Shown here: piece after piece, positions 49,023 through 58,662 of the stretch | Layout of the letters: every line of letters begins with the position of its first letter | How positions within the stretch are numbered: position 1 is the first letter of the stretch | Source: Candidatus Bathyarchaeota archaeon | GTDB taxonomy: Archaea > Thermoproteota > Bathyarchaeia > Bathyarchaeales > Bathycorpusculaceae | Length of the DNA: 64,000 nucleotides | Reading direction: 5' to 3' | Assembly: GCA_963775465.1 (NCBI GenBank) | Contig: CAVZIW010000001.1 | Coordinates: 96,001-160,000 of the forward strand | Made by a program: the position numbers and the translations under genes | The notes under the pieces: generated by a model | What the model saw: the letters and a program-made list of their open reading frames with translations, nothing else | Databases searched by the model: none | Told to the model about the DNA's origin: nothing

Positions 49023-49682
49023 ATGACTTTAGACACAAGCAAAACTTTAGGTGGCATCGGAGCGATCCTTCTACTCATCGGCATAATACCATTCATTCAA
49101 TACATTTGGATAATAGGACTTGTAGGCGTCGTTCTAATTTTAGCGGCACTACATGGCTTAGAATCATTCTATAACTCAAAAGGTATTTTTAGCAATGCAA
49201 TCTACGGCATCATAACTGGCGTAGTTGGAGTAGTCATCGCAGTAATAGTAGCTGTCGCTTCTTTAATCGCAAACATTGGCAACATTAACGCTTTCATATC
49301 AACTGTCTATCCTGACTGGAACGGTGATTGGTCCACCCTCTCTGGCTTATCACCAACGACCGCTAACGTCAACCCGTCGGATCTAATCCCTCTCATTTCG
49401 GGATTAATCATAACATTTGTAGCAGTTTTTGTAGTCGTCTGGGTCTTTGCTATCATTTCAACATTCTTTTTTAGAAGATCACTGACACAAGTGAAGGACA
49501 AAACAAACGTAGGCTTGTTCGGCACTGTCGGCATACTTCTTTTCATAGGCGCAATCTTGATTATAGTAGTTGGATTTGGATTTTTGCTAATGTGGATAGC
49601 AATCTTGCTTCTTGCAATTGCCTTCTTCACTATAAAAACCCCGACGCAGTCAATGCCATCTGCAATGCCTTCGTCACCGTAA
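49023..49682 (+). CDS. DUF996-family membrane protein
   Basis: SKTLGGIGAIL, GIF.NA.YG, LF.T.G.L..IGA.L.I and ILLAIAFF.I; ATG 49023 after GAGG. Confidence 0.8.
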   Translation: MTLDTSKTLGGIGAILLLIGIIPFIQYIWIIGLVGVVLILAALHGLESFYNSKGIFSNAIYGIITGVVGVVIAVIVAVASLIANIGNINAFISTVYPDWNGDWSTLSGLSPTTANVNPSDLIPLISGLIITFVAVFVVVWVFAIISTFFFRRSLTQVKDKTNVGLFGTVGILLFIGAILIIVVGFGFLLMWIAILLLAIAFFTIKTPTQSMPSAMPSSP

Positions 49683-49887
49683 GCAGCAGTCTGAAAACAT
49701 TTCCCCATTTTTTTTATTAGTATCTAGATTTGAATCATTGCGACAACTTATCTACAGAAACAATAATTCTTTCACTTCTTGGCTCTCCACTCATGCAAAA
49801 ATTGGCCTTTGAGCACGAGAGATACAATTTAGGGATGTACCAGCTACGAGTTGTTATTTATATGACTTTAAATTAGCTTTATCGAAT

Positions 49888-50268
49888 CTACCTTTTCTTT
49901 TTACGTTTGCTTTCTAAGTCAGCATCTTTAGCTTCAGCCATTAACACTACATCTCTAACAGTAGTCGGCTTGTTTGTAGCCTTCAAAAAATCTTTTCCTC
50001 TCCATCCGCATTCCCGACATTCATACTCAGGACGAGTAAAACCCATATGAGAGAACATATCTCCACTCATTGTATTGACCCTTCGAATCCGTGGGCTCTT
50101 ACATTTAGGACAGACTGCAATATCAACATGTTTTCCTTCTTTTTCCAACTTATCTAAAGCTTCGACTAATTCAGGCAAGAGTTTGCTTTCTACTTTTTCT
50201 GTCTCTAGGATTGTTATCTGTTTTTTTCTTTTCTTTTTTTTCTTTTGTTCTTGTTCTCTTTCGCCCAT
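49888..50268 (-). CDS. Zn-ribbon hypothetical protein
   Basis: CPKCKS...YECRECGW.G with Lys-rich termini. Confidence 0.7.
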   Translation of the reverse strand: MGEREQEQKKKKKRKKQITILETEKVESKLLPELVEALDKLEKEGKHVDIAVCPKCKSPRIRRVNTMSGDMFSHMGFTRPEYECRECGWRGKDFLKATNKPTTVRDVVLMAEAKDADLESKRKKKR

Positions 50269-50760
50269 TACAGTCAGACTCTGAACTAAATGAACAAATA
50301 TGTTCTTATAAATTTTGTACCCGTTAATTTTTCATATCTTATTTTTTTCTCTTTATAAACATCTTTAAAAATAGCTTGCTGTACCATCATCGGGCTGATG
50401 CCTCCGTCTTCTTATTCAAAAGTTTCTTAAATTTTCTTGTAGGTGTGTATTTAGCTTCAACGGTTAGTTTTACCAATGTTTCTAAATATAGTCCACCCTC
50501 CATAGAAATACGACAGGCCTCCCCGTCCTCCTCATCCCATCCGACCCAACCCAACATAGACTACAAACAAAAAAACACACCTCCCATCCCAACAACAACA
50601 AAAAAACATTCCAAACCAAAAAAGCAAACACCCCCACCACCAAAAGATTGGATGCGAACACATCACAAGAACCCATCCTCAAAAAGAAAAAAAATTACGC
50701 TAAAACGAAGCAAAAATGTTGGCTAGAACAACTCGAACTAAATACAGACTCCAGGTCTTT

Positions 50761-51054
50761 CTAAATATGTTTGATGTAGACGCGTGCGTTTTGTGTATTC
50801 TTAGAAGTCTTTAAAAATCCGTTCAAATGAATAAGCTAAAGCATCTTTTGCAGTAAATTATCACTTCATGTAGCTCATTGTTCCTCATTGCAATATCGTG
50901 AATAACGTAGTTAGCTTCTAATTGGTCGTCTGGGGATATTTTCATTCCGCAGTTAGGGCATTTGAAAGAGCCATCTTTGCCTAGTTCTGGATACAACGAT
51001 CTGGTATGCCTTAATTTGCTGGGTATTCTTTTGTACCAACTTAGTTTCCCTCAA
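50761..51054 (-). pseudogene. Small Zn-ribbon protein interrupted by two frameshifts (not in ORF track)
   Basis: Reconstructed MRETKLVQKNTQQIKAYQIVVS / ELGKDGSFKCPNCGMKISPDD...EVIIYCKRCFS / IHLNGF...KHI*. Confidence 0.6.
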
Positions 51055-51228
51055 GTCTACCTGAACCTTGTTACCTTATTAATTGATTTTTCATAATTTT
51101 GTGCAAATTTCTCCCAAATTAAAAACCCTAATGAAAAAAAGTTAACCTCAAAAACAGGGTCCTTGGGTGCGATTGCGATAGGATTCTTCTTTAACGTGGT
51201 GTATCTTGTTGCCGAAGGTTTTTTGCTT

Positions 51229-51483
51229 CTATAAGAAAACGGTTGTGGCAGAATTGGAAATAATTTTATTAGCTTTCCAAAGGTAGGCACCGTAAAAGAG
51301 ATCTAAAAAAATTTTTAGTGGCATTTCATATATTTGCTGTTTGGAAAAGCCTTCCTTACACATAATCTGCAAAACTTCTTTTTCTAAGAGCACTTTTTCA
51401 GAGTAGCAGTTAGGACTTGAATTTTCCATTTCGCGCAAAAAAGTTGCAAATGTTTCTTGCAAACAGATTCCTTCTCCTTGCAC
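51229..51483 (-). CDS. Hypothetical protein
   Basis: 84-aa ORF with GTG start; no recognisable motif. Confidence 0.4.
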   Translation of the reverse strand: MQGEGICLQETFATFLREMENSSPNCYSEKVLLEKEVLQIMCKEGFSKQQIYEMPLKIFLDLFYGAYLWKANKIISNSATTVFL

Positions 51484-51647
51484 TTATCAAAGCACAATTT
51501 TCTATAAATCAATATGCTTTTTGTAATTGAAAAATCGGAATGTTCGTTATAATTGGCTAAATAAGCTGTAGTTTTTCTATTTGACTTTTGTGGAAAATTT
51601 TTTAAGCGAAAAGTAAAGAATAAAGAATTAAAAAAAGAGGCTGCAAA

Positions 51648-51848
51648 ATGAAAAGGTTGTCTGTAGTAATCTCATTAACAATTGGATTGCTATGTTTGTT
51701 TTCTTCAATGGAAGTAGTTCTTGCTAACGTAACGATTGATTATACGCTTCCAACTATCTGGGTAATTATCATCGGGGGATTTGTGTTTTTTTTGGCGCTT
51801 GTCGGGTGGATAGTTTTTGACTGGCTACGTCATCGAGAAAAAAAGTAA
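51648..51848 (+). CDS. Small membrane protein (signal peptide + TM)
   Basis: RBS GAGG; two hydrophobic segments and a basic tail. Confidence 0.6.
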   Translation: MKRLSVVISLTIGLLCLFSSMEVVLANVTIDYTLPTIWVIIIGGFVFFLALVGWIVFDWLRHREKK

Positions 51849-51928
51849 TACTTGAGATGTTGAATGTTTCAGGTTAAGATATCTAAAAGTTGGTTTGTGG
51901 GTTAAAAAAAGATAAATTGTGAGTTTCA

Positions 51929-52282
51929 TTGGTGTTTGACGTTTTTGTTCGTTTATTGATGGCGTTATTTTTGTCAATTCTGATAGAGTGTGTCATTGCA
52001 TTCGCGTTTGGATTTAGAGAGAGAAAGTTATTTCTTGCAGTTGCCACGATAAATCTGATTACAAATCCCATCCTGAATTACCTGATACTGATCATTCAAA
52101 GTCTTGCCTTGTTTCGAGTTGATTTTTTTGTTTTATTAATTTTCGAGTTTGGTGTTGTGTTTGTTGAGTGGAGATTGCTAGCTTTTTCTGCATTTGGAAA
52201 CGCTAAAAAACTGCTATTGCTTTCTTTGGCTATGAATTTGTGCTCCTTCGCTTCAGGTTTACTTATTTTCGCTTTAGTATAG
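51929..52282 (+). CDS. Four-TM membrane protein
   Basis: ILIE, INLITNP.LN, E..V..VE and SL..N..SF..G pattern. Confidence 0.65.
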   Translation: MVFDVFVRLLMALFLSILIECVIAFAFGFRERKLFLAVATINLITNPILNYLILIIQSLALFRVDFFVLLIFEFGVVFVEWRLLAFSAFGNAKKLLLLSLAMNLCSFASGLLIFALV

Positions 52283-52844
52283 CTTTTTGTGTTGACGTTA
52301 AAAAGATGGCTTTTTCCATGTTAATCCTATAGATTGTACTGCTATATTGTAGGATTCTCAGTTTTTCTTTTGATATCACTTTGTTAGCTATTGTTATTTT
52401 TCCTATGTTATTTGGGCTTGAGTTGCTCCAAGAATTGCTCTACTATTTTTCGGTTAATTTTCTTTTCATCTCCCAAAGCCCTTAAGTGACTGGGACGCTG
52501 TTCTATGAGCGGGGGATGATGTCGCCGTCCCAGTCTGATCGGGAAAGATGAAGAATTAAACGATTGACAGACCCCAAACAAATCCAAATATGTTGAAAAT
52601 GATGCCACCCATAAAAAAAATTTGCCCAAAATGCGGTTCAAGCGAAGTAGAAAATCAGAAAAATCAAGAATTCTGCTGCAAAAGATGTGGCGAAATCTTC
52701 TATTTTGTCACTCCAAACACTGCCAGCCCCGAAATGGATAGGTATAAATTATAAGAGCTTTTTTCTGGGTGTTCTTTTAGGAGAACAAGCTGTTCCTTGG
52801 GGAGAGTAATATTCTGCGTTGCATATGTTGTCTATTAGAATTCG

Positions 52845-54683
52845 GTGAGACCCTTGAAAAATAGAACGATTAATACCTTAACGATTCTTGCAATTGCTTT
52901 AGTCCTATTTTGGGTAATAGACGTTCAAAATGTAGATGCAGCCAAAACAATCGTCGTTCCTGATCAATTTTCAACTATAAGTATGGCCATTGCCAACGCA
53001 GCGGCAGGCGACACTATCCAAGTGAAAAGCGGCATATATTATGAAAACTTCAATATCGATAAGCCCTTAACGCTGCAGGGGCAAGAACGCAAAACAACTA
53101 TCATCATTGGAGAAGGAGGTCTTGATCGAGGAGCACACCCCGTAATCGTCCTAAATAGCAACAACATAAAGATTTCAGGCTTCACCATAGAAAGCCAGAA
53201 TTATTCCACCCCGAATTTCTACGCCACTGGAATTTCTGTTCAAGGCGATCAATGCACCATCATAAACAACATTATTCAAAATACCTACATAGGTATATTT
53301 TGCCCCATTCAATCCTCAATCGTCATAAAAGACAACCGTATTGACGGCAACCTCAAAGATGGCCTGCGCTTCTACGGGGGATCTCACATCCAAGTTGAAA
53401 ACAACACCATAACAGGGAACACGGGTTCAGGAATTGCCATGAACGGCTATCAGAATCTCATCTCAAACAACAACATAAGCGCTAACCTTCGAGCAATCGG
53501 ATACGGCGGATCATACTCAGTTATTTACGGAAACCAATTATCATCCAACACTGAATCAGGCCTTTTCCTAGCCGGATCAAACAACATAATCTCAGGCAAC
53601 CAGTTCTCCTCAAACAAATTTGGAGTTTTCGTAACCTCCCAACTTGAAGCACCACACGAAAACACATTCTACTTAAACAACTTCCTTAGCAACTTCTACA
53701 ACGCATTTGACAATTCTTCATCTTTTGCTGAACAATGGAACAATGACAAAGCTTTAGGAAACTACTGGAGCGACTACAGAACCAAGTATCCCAACGCCTC
53801 CGAATCCCCTCAATCAGGAATAGGAGATACAGCTTACGTGATTGCCCAAAACAACACAGACTACTATCCCTTGTTAACTCCCATAGAGAAAGCAAACCAG
53901 AACCAACCAACCTTGCCACCAGTTCCAGACGCATCACCAAACAGCATAGTAAGTTGGTGGTCTTTTGAAACGATAGAATCAAACGGAATGACTCCTGACG
54001 CAACAGGCAGAAACCCTGCTGCATTGGGATCAGAGACTGCATCCGAGTCTTTCGTTCCACAACAAGTAGAAGGAAAAGTCGGCAAAGCGCTGAGCTTTGA
54101 CGGAGCATTTTACGTCTTCGTTCCTCCCTCAAAGAGTCTCGAAACGCCCGATGAAGTGACAATCGAGGCGTGGGTTAACGTACAATCTCTTAAAGAAAAC
54201 GTCGCTTACAACAACATAATCGTAGAATGCGTCAGATCTTCAGCAGCATTACCTACACGCACCCTAGGATTAGCAATAAACGGCGAAACACCACAAAACT
54301 CAAGCGCCCCAATCATAGGCGCCATAAGAGCATACGTCCTAACGAATAGTGGATTCAACGAAATAGCGACCACAAACCCGATTGCCGAAAACACTTGGGT
54401 ACATGTAGCCTTTACTCGCAGCTTAATTGACGGCATGCACATCTACATAGATGGAAAAGACCAACCCGTTCAAATTGTTTCAGGAACTCAAAATCCACAA
54501 GGAGCAACGCTAAAGCAGAATGAAATCTACATCGGTCACGACTCAATAACCCAAATTGACGAACTCAAAATCAGCAATTTTGTAGAAAAAACAAACCCCT
54601 TATGGATGCAATGGTGGATCTGGGCAATCGTTGCAGTAATAGGAGTAGCCTCTTTGCTTGCGTTTTATCGATTCAAAAAATAA
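52845..54683 (+). CDS. Secreted, C-terminally anchored parallel beta-helix (NosD/CASH) + LamG-like protein
   Basis: Signal peptide, TIVVPD.F.TI..AI, N-rich beta-helix repeats, GNYWSDY, LamG segment (G.VGKAL.FDG, TIEAWV, W.HVA) and a C-terminal TM. Confidence 0.85.
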   Translation: MRPLKNRTINTLTILAIALVLFWVIDVQNVDAAKTIVVPDQFSTISMAIANAAAGDTIQVKSGIYYENFNIDKPLTLQGQERKTTIIIGEGGLDRGAHPVIVLNSNNIKISGFTIESQNYSTPNFYATGISVQGDQCTIINNIIQNTYIGIFCPIQSSIVIKDNRIDGNLKDGLRFYGGSHIQVENNTITGNTGSGIAMNGYQNLISNNNISANLRAIGYGGSYSVIYGNQLSSNTESGLFLAGSNNIISGNQFSSNKFGVFVTSQLEAPHENTFYLNNFLSNFYNAFDNSSSFAEQWNNDKALGNYWSDYRTKYPNASESPQSGIGDTAYVIAQNNTDYYPLLTPIEKANQNQPTLPPVPDASPNSIVSWWSFETIESNGMTPDATGRNPAALGSETASESFVPQQVEGKVGKALSFDGAFYVFVPPSKSLETPDEVTIEAWVNVQSLKENVAYNNIIVECVRSSAALPTRTLGLAINGETPQNSSAPIIGAIRAYVLTNSGFNEIATTNPIAENTWVHVAFTRSLIDGMHIYIDGKDQPVQIVSGTQNPQGATLKQNEIYIGHDSITQIDELKISNFVEKTNPLWMQWWIWAIVAVIGVASLLAFYRFKK

Positions 54684-54797
54684 CTTTTTCCTCAAACTAA
54701 ACAGAGCAAAAGCTAGGAATCAAAGTTATTATACCCGTAATAACTTAGAACTTCTTAACGCTCTAACGCACATGCATCAATCAAGGGAAATTTTGAC

Positions 54798-56987
54798 ATG
54801 AGTGAAAACTTCTTTGAAGAAAGCCGAATTCTAAACATACCCACCCGAATCAGCAGAATCTTTGAGCTTGCCAACAACTTATGGTGGAGTTGGCACGAAG
54901 AAGGTCGGCAAGTTTTTCGTGCCTTGGACTATTCGCTTTGGAGAACTAGTGGTCACAATCCTGTCAAGCAGCTTCGAACTATAACGACACAAAAACTCGA
55001 AGACGCGGCAAGAGATCCAACTTTTCTTGAACTCTACGATGACGTGATGACAAAATTTGATGCAGAAATGACTAAGCCTCACGATTGGTGTGGTCAAACA
55101 AAGGTTAACAGACCTTACGGGCAAATAGCTTACTTTTCCGCGGAATACGCAATTCATAATTCTTTGCCAATATATGCAGGAGGTTTGGGTGTTTTAGCAG
55201 GTGATATCTGCAAAGAATGCTCCGACCGAGGATTGCCACTTGTTGCCGTAGGATTCATGTATCCTCAAGGATATTTCCGTCAACGCATATCTCCGGAGGG
55301 AGATCAACAAGAAGACTATACACAGCTAAATTTCGATGAAGCACCCATTACCCCATGTGCTTGGCCCTATGGATGTGGTCCTCTAATTCCAATTCAATTA
55401 GCTGATCGCCAACTTTACGTAAAAGTCTGGCAAGTGCGAGTAGGACTAGTCAACTTGTATTTGCTGGACACAAACGTTGACGAAAACAATCCTGCCGACA
55501 GGGCATTATCCGCCAGACTCTACACAGCAAACCAAGAAGAACGATTGCGCCAACTAATCGTACTAGGCGTTGGAGGAGTCCGAGTGCTCAGAGAATTGAA
55601 ATTGAATCCAGTGGTTTGGCACGCCAACGAAGACCATACAGCCTTCATGATGCTGGAAAGACTAAGACTTGAACGAGTCAACGGAGCTTCCTTGGAAGAA
55701 ACAATCCAAAAAGTGCGACAAAGCACAATTTTTACTACCCATACCCCCGTACCAGCTGGACATCACGTCTTTAGCGTGACTTTGATGGAACAATATGCGC
55801 GCAATTTCTGGGAATCCCTAAACATTGATAAAGAGACATTCCTAAAACTTGGTCAATCCGCAGACTTACCAAGCGACAAATTTAACCTGACAGCTTTCGC
55901 GTTTCGACTTTCAAGCAATGCAAACGCCGTTTCCAAGTTGCACGGAAAGGTAACTCGCCATATGTGGCATGTTCTTTGGCCTGACAAAAAAGAAGATGAA
56001 GTTCCAATTCTATCCATCACCAACGGGGTTCATTTACCCAGTTGGCAAGCCCCAGAAATAACTGAATTATGCGAAAAGCACGTCAATCCAGAGCTGGCAG
56101 AAAAGCAGGAGAGCGAAGAGTTCTGGAAATGCACCGACAAAATTCCCGATGCCGAACTTTGGCACGAAAAACAGAAACTGAAAGCAAGACTTATTGTAGC
56201 GATCCAAGATCGAGCAATGAAACGTTGGAATCAGGACTCTATATCTCCGCAGCAGGTCATTGCTATGGGTTCTTTGTTGGATCCTTACGCATTAACCATC
56301 GGGTTTGCCCGTCGATTCACCGAGTACAAACGCCCATATCTCTTACTATCTGATCGAGAGAGACTAAAACGTATCTTAACTGATCCTGAAAGACCAGTTC
56401 AACTGATATTTGCTGGTAAATCACATCCAGCTGATTATGCTTCAAAGCAGCTTCTAAAGCAAGTCTATCAAGTAGCTATGGATCGACGCTTTCAAGGGCG
56501 AGTTGTTTTCGTTGAAGATTACGACTTAAACTTAGCTCGAGAGCTCGTCCGAGGAGTCGACGTTTGGCTAAACATGCCCAGAAGACTTCAAGAAGCATCT
56601 GGAACTAGTGGAATGAAAGCTTCTATGAACGGAGGTATTAATTTTAGTGTTCTCGACGGTTGGTGGGCTGAAGGCTACAATGGCAAAAACGGCTGGGCTA
56701 TAGGTGAACTTCAAAGCGACAGCCCACAAGAGGAAGACCAAAAAGACGCGGACTCAATCTATCGACAACTAGAAAATGAAATCATTCCCCTGTATTATGA
56801 GCGTGACCGTATGGGTGTTCCTCATCGCTGGATTGGAATCGTTAAAGAGGCGATAAAAACGGTTGCACCAACTTTCAGTGCTTGCCGTATGATGAGGGAA
56901 TACGCTCAGCAAATGTATTTGCCTGCTACAAGCCCGAATAGTCAAAAAAATGGTTTAGAGGGAAAAAATGTTGGAACAACAGGATAA
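54798..56987 (+). CDS. glgP: Alpha-glucan (glycogen/starch) phosphorylase
   Basis: AYFSAEY, YAGGLGVLAGD, FTTHTP, ITNGVH, FARRFTEYKR and PLP-Lys motif EASGTSGMK. Confidence 0.96.
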   Translation: MSENFFEESRILNIPTRISRIFELANNLWWSWHEEGRQVFRALDYSLWRTSGHNPVKQLRTITTQKLEDAARDPTFLELYDDVMTKFDAEMTKPHDWCGQTKVNRPYGQIAYFSAEYAIHNSLPIYAGGLGVLAGDICKECSDRGLPLVAVGFMYPQGYFRQRISPEGDQQEDYTQLNFDEAPITPCAWPYGCGPLIPIQLADRQLYVKVWQVRVGLVNLYLLDTNVDENNPADRALSARLYTANQEERLRQLIVLGVGGVRVLRELKLNPVVWHANEDHTAFMMLERLRLERVNGASLEETIQKVRQSTIFTTHTPVPAGHHVFSVTLMEQYARNFWESLNIDKETFLKLGQSADLPSDKFNLTAFAFRLSSNANAVSKLHGKVTRHMWHVLWPDKKEDEVPILSITNGVHLPSWQAPEITELCEKHVNPELAEKQESEEFWKCTDKIPDAELWHEKQKLKARLIVAIQDRAMKRWNQDSISPQQVIAMGSLLDPYALTIGFARRFTEYKRPYLLLSDRERLKRILTDPERPVQLIFAGKSHPADYASKQLLKQVYQVAMDRRFQGRVVFVEDYDLNLARELVRGVDVWLNMPRRLQEASGTSGMKASMNGGINFSVLDGWWAEGYNGKNGWAIGELQSDSPQEEDQKDADSIYRQLENEIIPLYYERDRMGVPHRWIGIVKEAIKTVAPTFSACRMMREYAQQMYLPATSPNSQKNGLEGKNVGTTG

Positions 56988-58173
56988 AACGGCAAAATAT
57001 TATTTCGATAGAGCTGACGTTCTAATGGTTGCAATTAGCAGTGATGGAGTAATTCAAGACATAAATCAAACTGCATTAAAAATTCTAGGGTATTCAAAGG
57101 ACGAAGTTTTAGGTAAAAACTGGTTTGACAATTTTGTTGAAGAAAAAACCAGAGAAAGCACCAGAAATTTATTCCATGAAACCTTGCGTAGTAATATACG
57201 TCATGTCCATTTTGAGCAGACAATTCTCACTAAGCAAGGACAAACTCGAATTTTTGATTTCCATAATGTGCTCACTAGCGATGGAAAAGGCACAACTCTA
57301 GGCGTACTAAGCTCAGGCAATGAAATTAGTCAACAAAAAAAGAAAGATGAGACACAAAAACAATTGGAGAGTCGACTTCAAGCAACTCTCGACTACATGA
57401 TTGAAGGAGTCCAAATAATCGATTACGATTGGAGGTATATTTACGTCAACGAAGCTGCTGCCAAGCAAGGCAAAAAATCTAAAAAAGAATTAATTGGGTT
57501 CACGATGATGCAAGCCTACCCGGGTATCAACAAAACAGAGATGTTCAATCATTTGATCAATTGCATGACAAATCGAGTTCCAGCTAGAATAGAAAATGAG
57601 TTCACTTTTGAAGACGGATCTAAAGGTTGGTTTGAACTACGGATAGAACCAGTTCCAGAGGGTATACTGATCTTTTCAGTCGACATAACCAAGAATAAAG
57701 CAAACGAAGCTGAACTAAACAAGTACCGTAATCGACTAGAGGAAGTTGTTGCAGAAAAAACCGCTGAATGCGGCAAAATAAGCACCGATCTACACTTTGA
57801 AGTTGAAGAACATAAGAAAGACCTTGAGGCACTAAAACTTCGTGCAACCATTCTAGACAACGCCATGGAATCAATTGTTTTGACTAACGTCAAGGGAGAA
57901 TTAGCCTACGCTAATAAGTCAGCGCAAGAAGCTTATGACTACACTCTAGATGAGTTGCTCAACAAAAGAATTACAGCGTTGTTACCTGCTAAAGACGCTT
58001 CCTCTGTCGAAGGGCTATTGAGGCATATTTCGGAAAAAGGACAAACTAGCTTAGAGATGATACACGTCGGCAAAAACGGCGTTGAAATGCCGGTGAAGGT
58101 ATACGCTAATCTAGTTAAAACCATGCATGGACATTACATAGTATTCGTCATCCGTCAACTCCATCGTCGATAA
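56968..58173 (+). CDS. Multi-PAS protein without kinase or output domain
   Basis: Three PAS repeats joined by coiled coils; overlaps glgP by 20 nt. Confidence 0.85.
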   Translation: MLEQQDKTAKYYFDRADVLMVAISSDGVIQDINQTALKILGYSKDEVLGKNWFDNFVEEKTRESTRNLFHETLRSNIRHVHFEQTILTKQGQTRIFDFHNVLTSDGKGTTLGVLSSGNEISQQKKKDETQKQLESRLQATLDYMIEGVQIIDYDWRYIYVNEAAAKQGKKSKKELIGFTMMQAYPGINKTEMFNHLINCMTNRVPARIENEFTFEDGSKGWFELRIEPVPEGILIFSVDITKNKANEAELNKYRNRLEEVVAEKTAECGKISTDLHFEVEEHKKDLEALKLRATILDNAMESIVLTNVKGELAYANKSAQEAYDYTLDELLNKRITALLPAKDASSVEGLLRHISEKGQTSLEMIHVGKNGVEMPVKVYANLVKTMHGHYIVFVIRQLHRR

Positions 58174-58226
58174 AAAAAACTTTCAACGCAGAATCTGAAG
58201 CGATAATATTGTCGAAGATTTTAAGG

Positions 58227-58304
58227 TGGTGGGCCGGGCCGGATTCGGACCGGCGACCTTCTGCACGTCAAGCAGATGTCCTAACCAGGCTAGACGACCG
58301 GCCC
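58227..58304 (-). tRNA. tRNA-Val(GAC), CCA encoded
   Basis: Acceptor GGGCCGG/CCGGCCC-A-CCA; anticodon arm TCTGC-TTGACGT-GCAGA; T arm GCCGG-TCCGAAT-CCGGC. Confidence 0.93.
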
Positions 58305-58662
58305 ACACATTTGCATCATCTTTTATTGCGCCTTCCTATATAATCGTATAGCTGTAAAAATTTCGTGAAATATCAAACACTTCATGCTGAATCACTAAGA
58401 AAAACCAACGTTCACCATCAGCTACTGACTGAGAAATATGCCATTTGTGTTACTCATGGGTTTATACAAAAATATTCATTCTAAAAATAAAAAAGTAAAG
58501 GATGTATGGACTATTTAGAATAGTCACTACAAAAAGGGCTATCTCTTTTTGATTTTCTATTAATTGGTTTCTATTTTTGTGTTAAACACTTTCTCAATCG
58601 CTTGCTGGCTACAGAGCAGTTTTAAGGTACCTCTCGCTTATATCATGACATTGGGTATTGGG

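Noticed and set aside
50376-50726. 116-aa Pro/Lys/Thr-rich ORF
   Set aside because: It is a by-product of the A/C-skewed tract, which has few stop codons.
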